Shown: one piece after another, positions 53,632 through 63,889 of the stretch | Layout of the letters: each line of letters starts with the position of its first letter | How positions within the stretch are numbered: position 1 is the first letter of the stretch | NCBI GenBank assembly: GCA_051418015.1 | Contig: JBPRGF010000003.1 | Location: 128,001 to 192,000, forward strand | Direction: 5' to 3' | DNA from: Candidatus Nitrospinota bacterium M3_3B_026 | Lineage (GTDB): Bacteria > Nitrospinota_A > UBA7883 > JBPRGF01 | DNA length: 64,000 nucleotides | Program-made: the position numbers and the translations under genes | The notes under the pieces: generated by a model | What the model was told of the DNA's origin: nothing | What the model saw: only the letters and a program-made list of their open reading frames with translations | The model's database searches: none

Positions 53632-54843
53632 CTACCTTTCCCCTTCTATGAAATATTCGGAAAGGCCGACCCCCCTGTCGAAAAAGACCGGCGAGCGCTC
53701 CAGGATCGACTCGTCGAAAGAGGCCGCGGGGGCCTCCTCCAGGGCGGGGTAGATGGCGAAGGGGACGGCGTCGGTGGTGTGGGTCTTCACCTCGAGCGGC
53801 GTGGGATGGTCCGACAGGGCCATGACCCGGAAGGGCCGCCCCATCCTCTCGAGCCCCGCCAGCACGGGCCCCACGACCTTCGCGTCGAAGTCCTCTATGG
53901 CCTGAACCTTTTTCTCGAGCGATCCGGCGTGCCCCGCCTCGTCGGGCGACTCCACGTGGACGAAGACGAAGTCCACGTTTTTGAGCGCCTCCAGGCAGGC
54001 GGCGGCCTTGCCCTCGTAGTTCGTGTCGATCCATCCCGTCGCGCCGGGGACGTCCACGATCCGCATCCCCGCGTAGACGCCGATCCCGCGCATCAGGTCC
54101 ACGGCGGTTATCATGGCGCCGGAGAGCCCCTTGCGCCCGGACAGGGTGGGCATGGCGGGGGCCTTCCCCTGGCCCCAGAGCCAGACGCTGTTGGCCGGTT
54201 TTTCGCCCCTGGCCTCGCGCCTTCTGTTCACCTCGTGGTTTTTCAGCAGAATCTGCGCCTCGCTCATCAGCCGCGTCAGAAACTCCGCCCCGTCGCCTTT
54301 TGGCATGTGGCCGCGGATGTCCTGGTCGCTGATGTCGTGGGGCGGCGTCAACCGCGCGCCGTCTCTGCCGCCGCGCCAGACCATCAGGTGGCGGTACGAG
54401 ACGCCGGGATAAAAGGAGACCGTCTCGTCCCCCAGCTCGCCTTGCAGCGCCCCGATCAGCTCCCCAGCCTCTTCCGTCCCTATGTGCCCCGCTGAAAAAT
54501 CGTCCATTATCACCCCGTCCGCCGCCGGTTTGAGGGTGACGAGGTTGAGACGGAAGGCCACGTCCTCCGGCCCCAGCTCGATCCCCATCGCCGCCGCCTC
54601 CAGGGGCGCCCGGCCGGTGTAGTACTTTTTGACGTCGTAGCCCATGATCCCCAGGTTGGTGACGTCCGAGCCGGGCTCGAACCCCTCCGGGGTGGTGCGA
54701 GCGCTCCCCGCCGTCCCCTCCCGGGCCAGCCGGTCCAGGTTTGGCGTTCGCGCCAGCATCAGGGGGGTTTTGTTGTCCTTTTCCGGTATCGGCCTGTCCG
54801 GCATCCCGTCGCCGAGCAGGATTACGTATTTTTCAGCTCTCAT
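53632..54843 (-). CDS. apgM: Cofactor-independent phosphoglycerate mutase (ApgM type)
   Basis: GDGMPD, PGSDV, YTGRAPLEA, HVESPDEAGH, SDHPTP. Confidence 0.88.
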   Translation of the reverse strand: MRAEKYVILLGDGMPDRPIPEKDNKTPLMLARTPNLDRLAREGTAGSARTTPEGFEPGSDVTNLGIMGYDVKKYYTGRAPLEAAAMGIELGPEDVAFRLNLVTLKPAADGVIMDDFSAGHIGTEEAGELIGALQGELGDETVSFYPGVSYRHLMVWRGGRDGARLTPPHDISDQDIRGHMPKGDGAEFLTRLMSEAQILLKNHEVNRRREARGEKPANSVWLWGQGKAPAMPTLSGRKGLSGAMITAVDLMRGIGVYAGMRIVDVPGATGWIDTNYEGKAAACLEALKNVDFVFVHVESPDEAGHAGSLEKKVQAIEDFDAKVVGPVLAGLERMGRPFRVMALSDHPTPLEVKTHTTDAVPFAIYPALEEAPAASFDESILERSPVFFDRGVGLSEYFIEGER

Positions 54844-54898
54844 TCCTTATTATCACGCAATCGGCCGCCCTGGTGAAACAGCCGGGCGGCTGAGAAAC

Positions 54899-56215
54899 TC
54901 ACTCTTCGCCGTCCTCTATTCTTATGGTGACCGTCGGCGCAGAGAGGACGCCGAGGCTCTCGATCTCGCCCAGCGCCCTCTTCAGGTCCGCCTCCACCGC
55001 CGTGTGAGTCATCAGCACCACGCTGACCGGCCCGTTGTTCGCCTCGCGCCCACGCTGGATCATGGAGGCGATGGATATGTCATGCTCCCCCAGCGCGCCC
55101 GAAAGCCTGGCCAGGACGCCCGGCCGGTCGGGGACGGTGAACCGCAGGTAATACATCGACCTCACCTCGTCCATGGACCGCGCGGCCAGCTTTCTCCTGA
55201 AAGCCAGGGGCGCCTTCACGGGCGGCGTTCTGCCCGCCCCCCCGCGGACGAGCCGGCCGGCGATGTCCACCACGTCGCTGACCACCGCCGAGGCGGTGGG
55301 ACCGCCGCCGGCGCCGGGGCCGATCATCAGGTTCACCCCGGCGAAATCCCCCACCACCTCCACGGCGTTCAGCTCCCAGTTCACGTTCGCTATCGGCGCG
55401 CTCAGGGGAATCATCGTCGGGTGGACCCGCACGTCCACGGCGTCATCCCCGATCCGCCGGGCCACCGCCAGCAGCTTGACCCTGTATCCGAACTCGCGGG
55501 CCATCATGATGTCCTCGGGGGTGATGTCGGTCAGCCCCTCGGTATAGACGTCATTGAAGTCCACCGGCGTGTCGAAGGCCAGCGAGGCGAGGATGGCTAT
55601 CTTGTGCGCCGAGTCTATCCCCTCCACGTCGAATGACGGGTCCGTCTCCGCGTAGCCGAGCGCCTGGGCCTCCTCCAGGATTACGTCGTAGGGGCGCTCC
55701 TCCAGCTCCATCCTGGTCAGGATGTAGTTGGCGGTGCCGTTGACCAGACCACGGACGGACTCCAGCCTGTCCCCCGCGAAGGAGCTTCTCAGGGCGCGTA
55801 TTATCGGCACAGCCCCCGCCACCGCCGCCTCGAAGCCCAGCTCCACCCCGGACTCCTCCACGGCGGCGTAGATTTCCTCGCCGTTCATGGCCAGCAGGTG
55901 CTTGTTGGCGGTCACGACGCTCTTGCCGTTCTCCAGCGCCGTGAGGGTCAGGTCGAGCGCCGGGTTCCGCCCGCCCATGACCTCCAGGACGATATCGACA
56001 TCGGGCGAGCCGACGACCTCCCATGGGTCGTCCGTCAGCAGCTCCCGCGGCGTGTCCGCCTCGCGTTTCCTGGAGAGGTCGCGCACGGCGATCTTCGTGA
56101 TCCTCACCGGCGCGCCCACCCGGACGGCGATCTCTTCCCCGCGCCGGCTGAGCAGCGAGGCCACGCTCCTGCCGACGACGCCCAGGCCGATCATACCCAC
56201 CCTTACGGCGTCCAT
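54899..56215 (-). CDS. hom: Homoserine dehydrogenase
   Basis: GLGVVG, VVTANK, FEAAVAGAVP, NGTANYIL, GPGAGGGPTASAV, ACT domain. Confidence 0.95.
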   Translation of the reverse strand: MDAVRVGMIGLGVVGRSVASLLSRRGEEIAVRVGAPVRITKIAVRDLSRKREADTPRELLTDDPWEVVGSPDVDIVLEVMGGRNPALDLTLTALENGKSVVTANKHLLAMNGEEIYAAVEESGVELGFEAAVAGAVPIIRALRSSFAGDRLESVRGLVNGTANYILTRMELEERPYDVILEEAQALGYAETDPSFDVEGIDSAHKIAILASLAFDTPVDFNDVYTEGLTDITPEDIMMAREFGYRVKLLAVARRIGDDAVDVRVHPTMIPLSAPIANVNWELNAVEVVGDFAGVNLMIGPGAGGGPTASAVVSDVVDIAGRLVRGGAGRTPPVKAPLAFRRKLAARSMDEVRSMYYLRFTVPDRPGVLARLSGALGEHDISIASMIQRGREANNGPVSVVLMTHTAVEADLKRALGEIESLGVLSAPTVTIRIEDGEE

Positions 56216-56219
56216 CGCC

Positions 56220-57428
56220 TCACCCCATCTTATTGCGGAGGGCGTCCCGGACTCCACGGACGGCCTGACGTATCCTGTGCTCGTTCTCCACCAGGGAAAA
56301 CCGCACGTAGCCGTCACCCCCGTCGCCGAACCCGATCCCCGGGGAGACGGCCACCCTGGCTTCCTTGAGAAGTTTTTTGGAGAACTTCATGGAGCCCATC
56401 TTCCTGAACGGCTCGGGTATCCGGGCCCAGACGAACATGGTGGCCTTAGGCCTCTCGACCTCCCAGCCGATCCTGTTCAGCCCGTCCACCAGGACATCGC
56501 GCCGCCGCCGGTAGATCTCCCTGATCTCGCCCACGCAGTCCTGCGGGCCGTTCAGGGCGATTATGCTGGCGATCTGTATCGGCTGGAAGACGCCGTAGTC
56601 CAGGTAGCCTTTTATCCTCTGCAGGGCGTAGACCATGTCGCGGTTGCCCACCAGGAAGCCAACACGCCAGCCGGGCATGGAGTAGGTCTTCGACAGCGTG
56701 GTCACCTCCACGGCCACGTCCTTGGCGCCGGGGACCTGCATGATCGAGGGCGCCTCGTAGCCGTCGAACACGAGGTCCGAGTAGGCCAGGTCGTGCACCA
56801 CCATTATGTCGTGCTCCTTGGCGAAAGCCACAACCTTCTCGAAAAAATCGAGCTCCACGCAGGCGGTGGTGGGGTTGTGGGGGAAGTTTATCATCATCAC
56901 CTTGGGCCGCGGCCAGGCGCGCTCGAAGGCGTGGGTCAGGCTCTCGAAAAAGTCCGACCCGGACGAAAGGGGGACGTTTATCACGTCGCCGTTGGCTATG
57001 ACCACGGCGTAGGTGTGTATGGGATAGGTCGGCGCCGGGACGAGAACGGAGTCCCCCGGCGCGATGATGGCCAGCATCAGGTGGCTTATCCCCTCCTTGG
57101 AGCCGATGGTGACTATGGCCTCCGTCTCGGGGTCTATGTCGACGTCGAACCTGCGCCCGTACCAGTTGGCTATGGCGTGGCGCAGCTTGGTTATCCCCCG
57201 GCTGGCGGAGTAGCGGTGATTCTTCGGCTTCTTCGCCGCCTCGACGAGCTTTTCCACTATGTGCGGCGGCGTGGGAAGGTCCGGGTTGCCCATCCCGAAG
57301 TCTATGATGTCCTCCCCGGCGCGCCTGGCTTTCACCCTCAGGTCGGTGACCTCGGCCAGCACGTACGGCGGCAGGCGCTCGATCCTCGGGAAGGTCCTCT
57401 CTTTTCCGCGTCCGGATTTGGGGCTCAT
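56220..57428 (-). CDS. alaC: Class I/II aminotransferase, AlaC-like
   Basis: [39 protein letters not shown]. Confidence 0.8.
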   Translation of the reverse strand: MSPKSGRGKERTFPRIERLPPYVLAEVTDLRVKARRAGEDIIDFGMGNPDLPTPPHIVEKLVEAAKKPKNHRYSASRGITKLRHAIANWYGRRFDVDIDPETEAIVTIGSKEGISHLMLAIIAPGDSVLVPAPTYPIHTYAVVIANGDVINVPLSSGSDFFESLTHAFERAWPRPKVMMINFPHNPTTACVELDFFEKVVAFAKEHDIMVVHDLAYSDLVFDGYEAPSIMQVPGAKDVAVEVTTLSKTYSMPGWRVGFLVGNRDMVYALQRIKGYLDYGVFQPIQIASIIALNGPQDCVGEIREIYRRRRDVLVDGLNRIGWEVERPKATMFVWARIPEPFRKMGSMKFSKKLLKEARVAVSPGIGFGDGGDGYVRFSLVENEHRIRQAVRGVRDALRNKMG

Positions 57429-57819
57429 GATATTGCGTGCGTGTCCTTGTGCTAAAAAACCTCGGAAAAAACGGGCATATCGTCCCGCATCGGCGTAAAT
57501 TTTAGATTAAATAACAATTCCGGGAAATTTGCAATCCGGCGTTTTCGCGGATGGTGGGTCAGTTTCAAATTTTCCTGAAAGGTGGAGGTCCTTCGCCAGG
57601 CGGCTCGGGACGCCGCTGCGTGGCGGTTTTTTCTCCTCCCGTTTCCGAGGTTGACTGCCGCGCCGCGCCGAAGTAAAGTCTTTTCAGAGCAGTTCATAAC
57701 CTGCCGGAGCGGCTTGCGTTGCGAAGGAGGGGGAGGCGCTCGGGAATTCCGGGACGCCGTTTCGTCCCGCGAGCAACCCGCCGGGTTCACCGGTCCGCCG
57801 CCGCGGGGGAGGGAAGCGG

Positions 57820-58485
57820 ATGGATATCCTGAAAATCATTAAAGCGCGCGCGTCTACCCGCGCCTTCCTTGAAAAGGCCGTGGACGCGAAAACGATCGAA
57901 TCCATCCTCGAGGCGGCCAGGTGGGCGCCGTCCTGGGTCAACATCCAGCCGTGGCGGGTCGTTGTGGTCACCGGCGATACGAAGGACAAGATAGGCGAGG
58001 CGTATTACAGAGCCCGCCTTTCGGGAGCGCGGCCGAGGCCGGATTTTCCTTTCCGGCCAGAGCAATGGGGCGAGCCTTACAAGTCAAGACGGAGGGCCTG
58101 CCGGGCCGCCCTTTTCACCGCCCTTGGCATAAGGCTCAAAGACAGGGAGGGACGCCTGAGGGCCTGCATGGGCGGCTACCGTTTTTTCGGCGCGCCTGCC
58201 GGCCTGATGCTTTTCATGGACAGGGGGTTTGGCGCAAGCTCTCTGCTGGATATCGGCATGTTCGCCCAGAACATCGCCCTGGCGGCGCAGGGCTACGGCC
58301 TTGGCGCCTGCGCTATCGCGGCCGTGGCGGAGTATCCCGGCATCGCCCGCTCGATATTGAAAATACCGGAGTCCGAGGGGCTGGCGCTGGGCATGGCCCT
58401 GGGATACGCCGACACCGGAGCCCCCATAAACGCCGTCAGGCCGGGGCGGGCGGACGTCGCGTCTTTCACCACGTGGTATGACTGA
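57820..58485 (+). CDS. Nitroreductase family protein
   Basis: RASTRAF, APSWVNIQPW, FFGAP, MALGY. Confidence 0.88.
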   Translation: MDILKIIKARASTRAFLEKAVDAKTIESILEAARWAPSWVNIQPWRVVVVTGDTKDKIGEAYYRARLSGARPRPDFPFRPEQWGEPYKSRRRACRAALFTALGIRLKDREGRLRACMGGYRFFGAPAGLMLFMDRGFGASSLLDIGMFAQNIALAAQGYGLGACAIAAVAEYPGIARSILKIPESEGLALGMALGYADTGAPINAVRPGRADVASFTTWYD

Positions 58486-60295
58486 AAAACCGGCCAGCGG
58501 CTCATCGTCTTCGCGCCTGGCTGTCTTGATTATCTTCGCGGCGGCGCTTGTCTTGCGTCTTTTGCATTTGGCCGCGAGCGCGGACAACCCCCTGCTTTAC
58601 AGCCCCGCCCTGGACGAGGCCTACTACATTGCCCTGGGCAGGTCCATCGCCTCCGGGCGCCTGTTGGGCGAGCAGGGGCTTTTTTTCATGGACCCGCTCT
58701 ACGGCTACGTCCTGGGCGGGCTTTTTCATGTCTTCGGCGACAACCTCACCACCGTCCGACTGCTCCAGGTTGTGCTCGACTCGATCAACGCCGTGCTGGT
58801 CTGCGCCCTGGCCTCGCGGGTGTGGGACCGGCGGGCGGGCCTTTTCGCGGGTTTTTTTTACGCCGCCTACAAGACCTCCTTTTTCTACACCCTGCTCGTT
58901 CTGAAGACCACGCTGGCGATCACGGCGCTTCTCGTCTTCACCATAGCCATAATGGGCGCGGGCAGAAAAGGCGGCGCGGTCCGATGGCTCGGCCTGGGGG
59001 CGCTGGTTGGTTTTTCGACGCTTCTGCGCGGAAATTTTTTGCTGCTTGCCCCGCTAGGGATATTGATGTACCTGGTAATCGAAAAGCCCGGCGCGCGCGA
59101 ATTTTTTAAAAACACCGGGTCTTTCGCGCTGGCGATCTTTCTGGTCCTCTCCGCAATGGCCGCGCGCAACTACGCCGCCGCGGGCGATCTCGTTTTCCTC
59201 AACACGCAGTCCGGCAGGCTTCTTTACGCCTCCAACAACCCGGAGAACCTGACCGGCAGGTACAACGTCCCCTCCTTCTCCCGGCCGAACCCCGAAGACT
59301 CCGAGCGCGACTTCCACGCCGAGGCCGAGCGCAGGCTCGGCAGAAGTCTCTCTCCCGGCGAGGTGTCGAGCTACTGGCGGGGCGAGGCGCTCTCTTTTCT
59401 CATCAAAAATCCCGGCGCGGCGGCGAGGCTGGTCTTCAACAAGATGAAGGGGACGCTGGGCGATTACGAGATACCCAACAACCATTCCTTTTACCTGGCC
59501 GCGCGTTTCTCGGAGGTTTTAAGGTTTCCCCTGCCCGGTTTCGCCTTCGCGCTGGCCCTCGGCGCGCCGGGCCTTTTCCTGGCGATGCGCGGCCGGCGGG
59601 AGGCGTTGTGGCTGCTCGCGCCGATCGGAGCGACGCTGATTACAATCCTCGTCTTCTACACCTCGTCGCGGTTCCGGGCGCCGCTGGCTCCTTTTTTACT
59701 GGCCGGCGCCGGGGTGAGCGCTTCGGCGCTGATCGGGCTTGCGAGGCGGAAAAAAGCGGCCCGCGCCGCCGGCTTCATAGTCGTCCCGGCGGTTTGCCTG
59801 TTCCTGCTGTCTTTATCCATCCCCGCGCCGCCGGGGTCCGGCAACGAGGAATTTTTACTGGCGAAGGCTTACTGGCGCCAGGGCAGGCCGGGCGACACCT
59901 GGGATATCGCACGGGAGGCCGCCGAAAAATATCCCGCCCAGGCAAGATTCCACACCCTCATGGGGATGGCGGCGCTTTCGGCCGGGAAGCTTGATGAAGC
60001 GGAGGGGGCCTTCTCGACGGCGGCGCGGATGGAGCCGGGCGGCGCGGACGCCTATCACAACATGGGACTTGTCCACCTGTCCGCCGGGCGCCCTCAAAAA
60101 GCCCTGGAGGCCCTGCGAAAAGCGGTGGAGATCGACCCTCGCCCGGAAAGCTTTTTCGTCATGGGCAGGGCGGCCGAAAGCATGGGGAATAAAGAGGGCG
60201 CCGCGGTCTATTACGAGCGGGCCCTGGAGACGCTGAAACCGGGCGACCCCCTGCGGGACCGCGTGTCGGAGAGGCTGGCCGGGCTGAGGGACTGA
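58478..60295 (+). CDS. GT-C (PMT/ArnT-like) membrane glycosyltransferase with C-terminal TPRs
   Basis: LDEAYY, MDPLYGY, many TM helices, SSRFR, TPR-like tail. Confidence 0.75.
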   Translation: MTEKPASGSSSSRLAVLIIFAAALVLRLLHLAASADNPLLYSPALDEAYYIALGRSIASGRLLGEQGLFFMDPLYGYVLGGLFHVFGDNLTTVRLLQVVLDSINAVLVCALASRVWDRRAGLFAGFFYAAYKTSFFYTLLVLKTTLAITALLVFTIAIMGAGRKGGAVRWLGLGALVGFSTLLRGNFLLLAPLGILMYLVIEKPGAREFFKNTGSFALAIFLVLSAMAARNYAAAGDLVFLNTQSGRLLYASNNPENLTGRYNVPSFSRPNPEDSERDFHAEAERRLGRSLSPGEVSSYWRGEALSFLIKNPGAAARLVFNKMKGTLGDYEIPNNHSFYLAARFSEVLRFPLPGFAFALALGAPGLFLAMRGRREALWLLAPIGATLITILVFYTSSRFRAPLAPFLLAGAGVSASALIGLARRKKAARAAGFIVVPAVCLFLLSLSIPAPPGSGNEEFLLAKAYWRQGRPGDTWDIAREAAEKYPAQARFHTLMGMAALSAGKLDEAEGAFSTAARMEPGGADAYHNMGLVHLSAGRPQKALEALRKAVEIDPRPESFFVMGRAAESMGNKEGAAVYYERALETLKPGDPLRDRVSERLAGLRD

Positions 60296-60328
60296 GACTT
60301 TTCATCCAGGACAACGATAGCGGGCCAG

Positions 60329-62644
60329 TCATTTATAGTCTATAAGCGTGAACCCGGTCCACCACATATCGCCCGCCTTCCCGCCGAGGGTCACCAGCGC
60401 GTGGTTGCCGAGAGTTTTCGTGGTGTGATCGACGCCCTTTATTTTCAACCGTTCCAAAAGCTCCGGCGCGTCCGCCTCCGCCGCCAGCGCGGCCACGCCG
60501 GGGCCGGTCTCGATTTTTGAGCTTGCGTCGGCCAATTTCTTCTCACCGTGGAGTGATGGAGCCACGAGCTGAAAATCCCTTCCCTTCATGTCGTAAAGCC
60601 AGGCTGTATACCACCTGTCCGCGGCGAGCGTCTTAAAACCCTGCGCCGCTCTAAAAAGCTCCTCCGGGGAGGGGCGGGGCTCGTCTTCCAGAAGGACACC
60701 TTCCCTCCAGCCCGGTTTCGTCCCGTCCAGCTCGTATATGAAAAGCTCGTGGATGTCATACTCCCGGTCCGCCGAATGCTCTATCTCGAACCGTATGAGC
60801 CTCGCCTCGACGGGCGGAAAGTTCCATTCCTGGAAATCTCTTTCAAACTCGGCTATCTGGCGGAAGAAGACCTTCGGCCCCTGGGGGACGAAAAAGGAGA
60901 CCGGCGAGGGGGGGTGGATGCGCCTCCAGTCCCGCCCGTCCGTGGAGACGGAAAGACCGGCGCGGTCGGGCCATCGGCGGCCGTAGACGGCGCGTATCCT
61001 GGTTATCATGCGCGGCCTGTCAAGCTCCACGGTGAAGGAGCCGTTGGAGTGATGTGTTGTGAAGAATTTCCTGTCGCCAAGGGGGACAAGCTCCGGCGGC
61101 AGCCTCCACTCCTCCGGCGGGACGGACACAGCGGGCCAGCGCCGCGCCGATATGTTCCGAACGGCGTTCGCGCCGTTGATCGACACCTTCTCGTAACCCT
61201 CCCGGCAGCAGGCCGAAAACCCCTCAAAAAGCTCCCCGGCGGACAGGGGGGCATGAACCGCCGCGGCGGGGTCTTTCTCCACCCGGTTGTTCTTCCAGTA
61301 GGAGCGGGCCCCGCCCCAGGGGATGGCCAGCAGAGGCGCGCCCTGGACCTTCGCCTCGTAGGTCAGCCTGTAGGCGCCGTTGTAGTCGTCTTTCCATACG
61401 AGGTTTTCTATTCCCTGGCGGGCCGCGTCCTTTACGGCGGCGGAGTAGAAATTTTTCAGCGCGGCTTCCCCCTTCCAGATCGATCGGAAGCCAAGGTCTG
61501 AGCCCCAGGCCGCCGGCGCCACGATCACACCGAGGAGGAGCGCCGCGGCGGCGCGGGAGCGGGAGTATATCCACGAAAAGACCAGGGCGGCGGCGGCGTA
61601 GAGGGATACGGCGATGGGGAGGAGCCAGCGCGTCTGCTGATCTAATGAACGATCGTTCAAAAGATAGAGGGTCAAAAATATCGCCGTGAAGACAAGCAAC
61701 GGGAGCCGGGCGCGGCTTTTTTCCCGTCCTGGGCCGGCAAGCGCCCGGAAGATGACGGCGGCCAGGGCCAGGATAAGCAGCCCGAAGGATATCCACGACA
61801 GGGCAACGAGCGCCGCTGGCGGGGAAAGACCCGCGGCGGGGATGAAGATATCTTTAGCGGTGTGATACAGGGCCGTGAACCGCTCGCCGATATGATCCAG
61901 GCCCGGATGGCCGGTGGCGGTGTCGGCCATGGTTTTTGAGAACATGAAGGCCGCGGGGGCCGCGCCGATCGCGAACCCGGCGAGGGCGGACGCCGTCCTG
62001 CCGTTGAACGCGAAACGCTCCGCCAGAAGGATAAAAATCGCCGCCGTGGCGATAGCCGGGACGGAAAGGAGAGTGGTCCACAACAGAATCCCCGCCAGAA
62101 TGCCGATAGCGAAATGCGACCCCGCGCCGTATCCCGCTCCGGTGCGACGGCGGGCGGCGAACCAGACCAGCGCCGCCGACCCGGCGACGGCCTCCGGGTA
62201 GCACCCCCTGGGGGTTGTGGTGTAAAAGGTTATGGTAAAAGGCGTTATGGCCCACATCAGCGCGCAGGCGAGGCCCGCCGCCCTGCCGCCGAGGACGGAG
62301 CCCAGAAGGTGGAAGGCGAACACGCCGAGGGTTGAGACCAGGACCGGCGCGAAGGGGATCATGCCCCAGCCGGAGTCGAAAAAAAGATACAAAGGCGCCG
62401 TGATCCACGCCTCGATGGCGCCCATGTAATGCTGCCCGTAATAGCTTATGGGGAAGGCGCGTCCCTCGGCGATGTCGGACGCCATGAGGGCGATAACGAT
62501 GGCGTCGCCTTTGGGCAGCCTCATCCCGGCGTAATGGACCCTGACGAGAAGGGCCGCGAGGACAACCGCGAAAAGAGCCGCGGACGCTGGCTGGAGCCCC
62601 GTTGAAAAATTCAGGCGTAAAAGACGCGGCGCGGTCATTCTCAC
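60329..62644 (-). CDS. GT-C-like membrane protein with a C-terminal discoidin-like domain
   Basis: GDAIVIALMA, YYGQHYMGAIE, many TM helices; SVSTDGRDW and VEARLIRF. Confidence 0.65.
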   Translation of the reverse strand: MRMTAPRLLRLNFSTGLQPASAALFAVVLAALLVRVHYAGMRLPKGDAIVIALMASDIAEGRAFPISYYGQHYMGAIEAWITAPLYLFFDSGWGMIPFAPVLVSTLGVFAFHLLGSVLGGRAAGLACALMWAITPFTITFYTTTPRGCYPEAVAGSAALVWFAARRRTGAGYGAGSHFAIGILAGILLWTTLLSVPAIATAAIFILLAERFAFNGRTASALAGFAIGAAPAAFMFSKTMADTATGHPGLDHIGERFTALYHTAKDIFIPAAGLSPPAALVALSWISFGLLILALAAVIFRALAGPGREKSRARLPLLVFTAIFLTLYLLNDRSLDQQTRWLLPIAVSLYAAAALVFSWIYSRSRAAAALLLGVIVAPAAWGSDLGFRSIWKGEAALKNFYSAAVKDAARQGIENLVWKDDYNGAYRLTYEAKVQGAPLLAIPWGGARSYWKNNRVEKDPAAAVHAPLSAGELFEGFSACCREGYEKVSINGANAVRNISARRWPAVSVPPEEWRLPPELVPLGDRKFFTTHHSNGSFTVELDRPRMITRIRAVYGRRWPDRAGLSVSTDGRDWRRIHPPSPVSFFVPQGPKVFFRQIAEFERDFQEWNFPPVEARLIRFEIEHSADREYDIHELFIYELDGTKPGWREGVLLEDEPRPSPEELFRAAQGFKTLAADRWYTAWLYDMKGRDFQLVAPSLHGEKKLADASSKIETGPGVAALAAEADAPELLERLKIKGVDHTTKTLGNHALVTLGGKAGDMWWTGFTLIDYK

Positions 62645-62717
62645 GCCGGGTATTTTACAACCTTGCGGGCGCCGGCGGCCAGCGGGATAGATGACAACGG
62701 CGCGGTTGACCCGTCAC

Positions 62718-62809
62718 GAGACTCTTCGCTTCGCATGACAGCGTAAAAGACGGTGTCATCCTGAGCCCCTTCGGTTTCGCCTCAGGGCAGGCTCCGGCGA
62801 AGGATCCCG
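62718..62809. repeat. GTCA-type REP-like units
   Basis: 62754-62809 is nearly identical to 5507-5561; degenerate inverted arm at 62718-62740. Confidence 0.8.
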
Positions 62810-62861
62810 ATGTCTGCGCGGCGCGGCGCCGCAGGATAGTGAGTTGTTTTAAGGGGGGGAC

Positions 62862-62944
62862 AAAAAAACGCGGGAAAGAGGCCGCCGGAGCCTCTTGATC
62901 GGGGGGGAACCGGAAGGGGGCTCCGGCGGCGGCTCTATCCTGCG
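62862..62944 (-). terminator. Long hairpin plus U7 tract ending the small-peptide operon
   Basis: About 28-bp imperfect stem at 62869-62944, then a 7-A run on plus (U7 on minus). Confidence 0.65.
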
Positions 62945-62970
62945 ATTGTTCGCTATTTCCGGGCGAACGG

Positions 62971-63060
62971 TCAGTGAGGGAGCGTCTGCGACGCGGTGAA
63001 AAGATAGGCGAAAGCCGTTATCATCAGCGCCGTCATCATGTCCTTTACCGGGATTATCAT
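62971..63060 (-). CDS. 29-aa hydrophobic small protein
   Basis: AAGGAG RBS; MIIPVKDMMTALMITAFAYLFTASQTLPH. Confidence 0.6.
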   Translation of the reverse strand: MIIPVKDMMTALMITAFAYLFTASQTLPH

Positions 63061-63110
63061 CGCTTCCACTCCTTCTTAATGAAAACCGTCCGCGCCCTCC
63101 GCCGGGTTAT

Positions 63111-63227
63111 TCAGCCGGCCAGGGCGATGGTGAAGATCAGCATGTAGGCGACCGACAACGTGCCCATCACACCGACCATGCCCAGAATAAAAGCGCTCTC
63201 TTCCAGATTCTTTATCGTGTCAACCAT
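63111..63227 (-). CDS. 38-aa single-TM small protein
   Basis: AAAAGGAGG RBS; MVDTIKNLEESAFILGMVGVMGTLSVAYMLIFTIALAG. Confidence 0.7.
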   Translation of the reverse strand: MVDTIKNLEESAFILGMVGVMGTLSVAYMLIFTIALAG

Positions 63228-63320
63228 CTTTCAATCCTCCTTTTTCAATTGCCAGCATCCTCGCCGATGCCTGTTTACCGTTTTCCGCGGCCCCGTTGGC
63301 CGCCTTCGCCCTATACATAT

Positions 63321-63336
63321 AGCAACCCCCGTGCCA
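63321..63336 (-). promoter_or_regulatory. Sigma54 (-24/-12) promoter
   Basis: TGGCAC-GGGGG-TTGCT is an exact match to TGGCAC-N5-TTGCW, in AT-rich intergenic context. Confidence 0.85.
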
Positions 63337-63565
63337 TTTTATTAGCCTTTGTATTACAAAAGGATATCGTTTCAGGCGGGTTCCTGGCGCCGCCATGGAA
63401 GGACATGATGTCCTGTTTCCGGGCGCCGGCCGCGGCCTGTAGCGGGACATCGGGACGGCCGGACCGGGCGCCGTCCGCGGCATTTGGGAGGGGATCAGGG
63501 TTCGCGGATAATCGGGCGAAAAACAGGGCAGAAAAATTCGCCGCCCGAGGAGAGACGGGAGGGGG

Positions 63566-63889
63566 TCAATCCCGTCCAGGCTCTATGGTGCAGGTCAGCG
63601 GAAAGCCGCTCGCCCGTGCCTGCTGGTGTGTCTGCTCGACCTTGAACTCCGCCCTCTCCAGCGGCATCTGGGCGATCCTTTCCAGCCCGTTGTTGTGTAT
63701 GCTCAGCATGGTCCGCTCCGCCTCCCACAGGTCGAAGCCGTATATCCTGACAAGCGCGTCCACGACAAACTCCATGGTGGTGACGGGGTCGTTGTGCATC
63801 ACCACCCAGTAAAGCGGCGCGAAGCTTTCGCGCTCAGCGGCGTTGGTGTATGATTCCGTCCCAACGCCTGGTTTATTTTTCCCGGTCAT
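63566..63889 (-). CDS. clpS: Clp protease adaptor ClpS
   Basis: VVMHNDPVTTMEFVV, MLSIHNNG, FPLTCTIEP. Confidence 0.92.
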   Translation of the reverse strand: MTGKNKPGVGTESYTNAAERESFAPLYWVVMHNDPVTTMEFVVDALVRIYGFDLWEAERTMLSIHNNGLERIAQMPLERAEFKVEQTHQQARASGFPLTCTIEPGRD

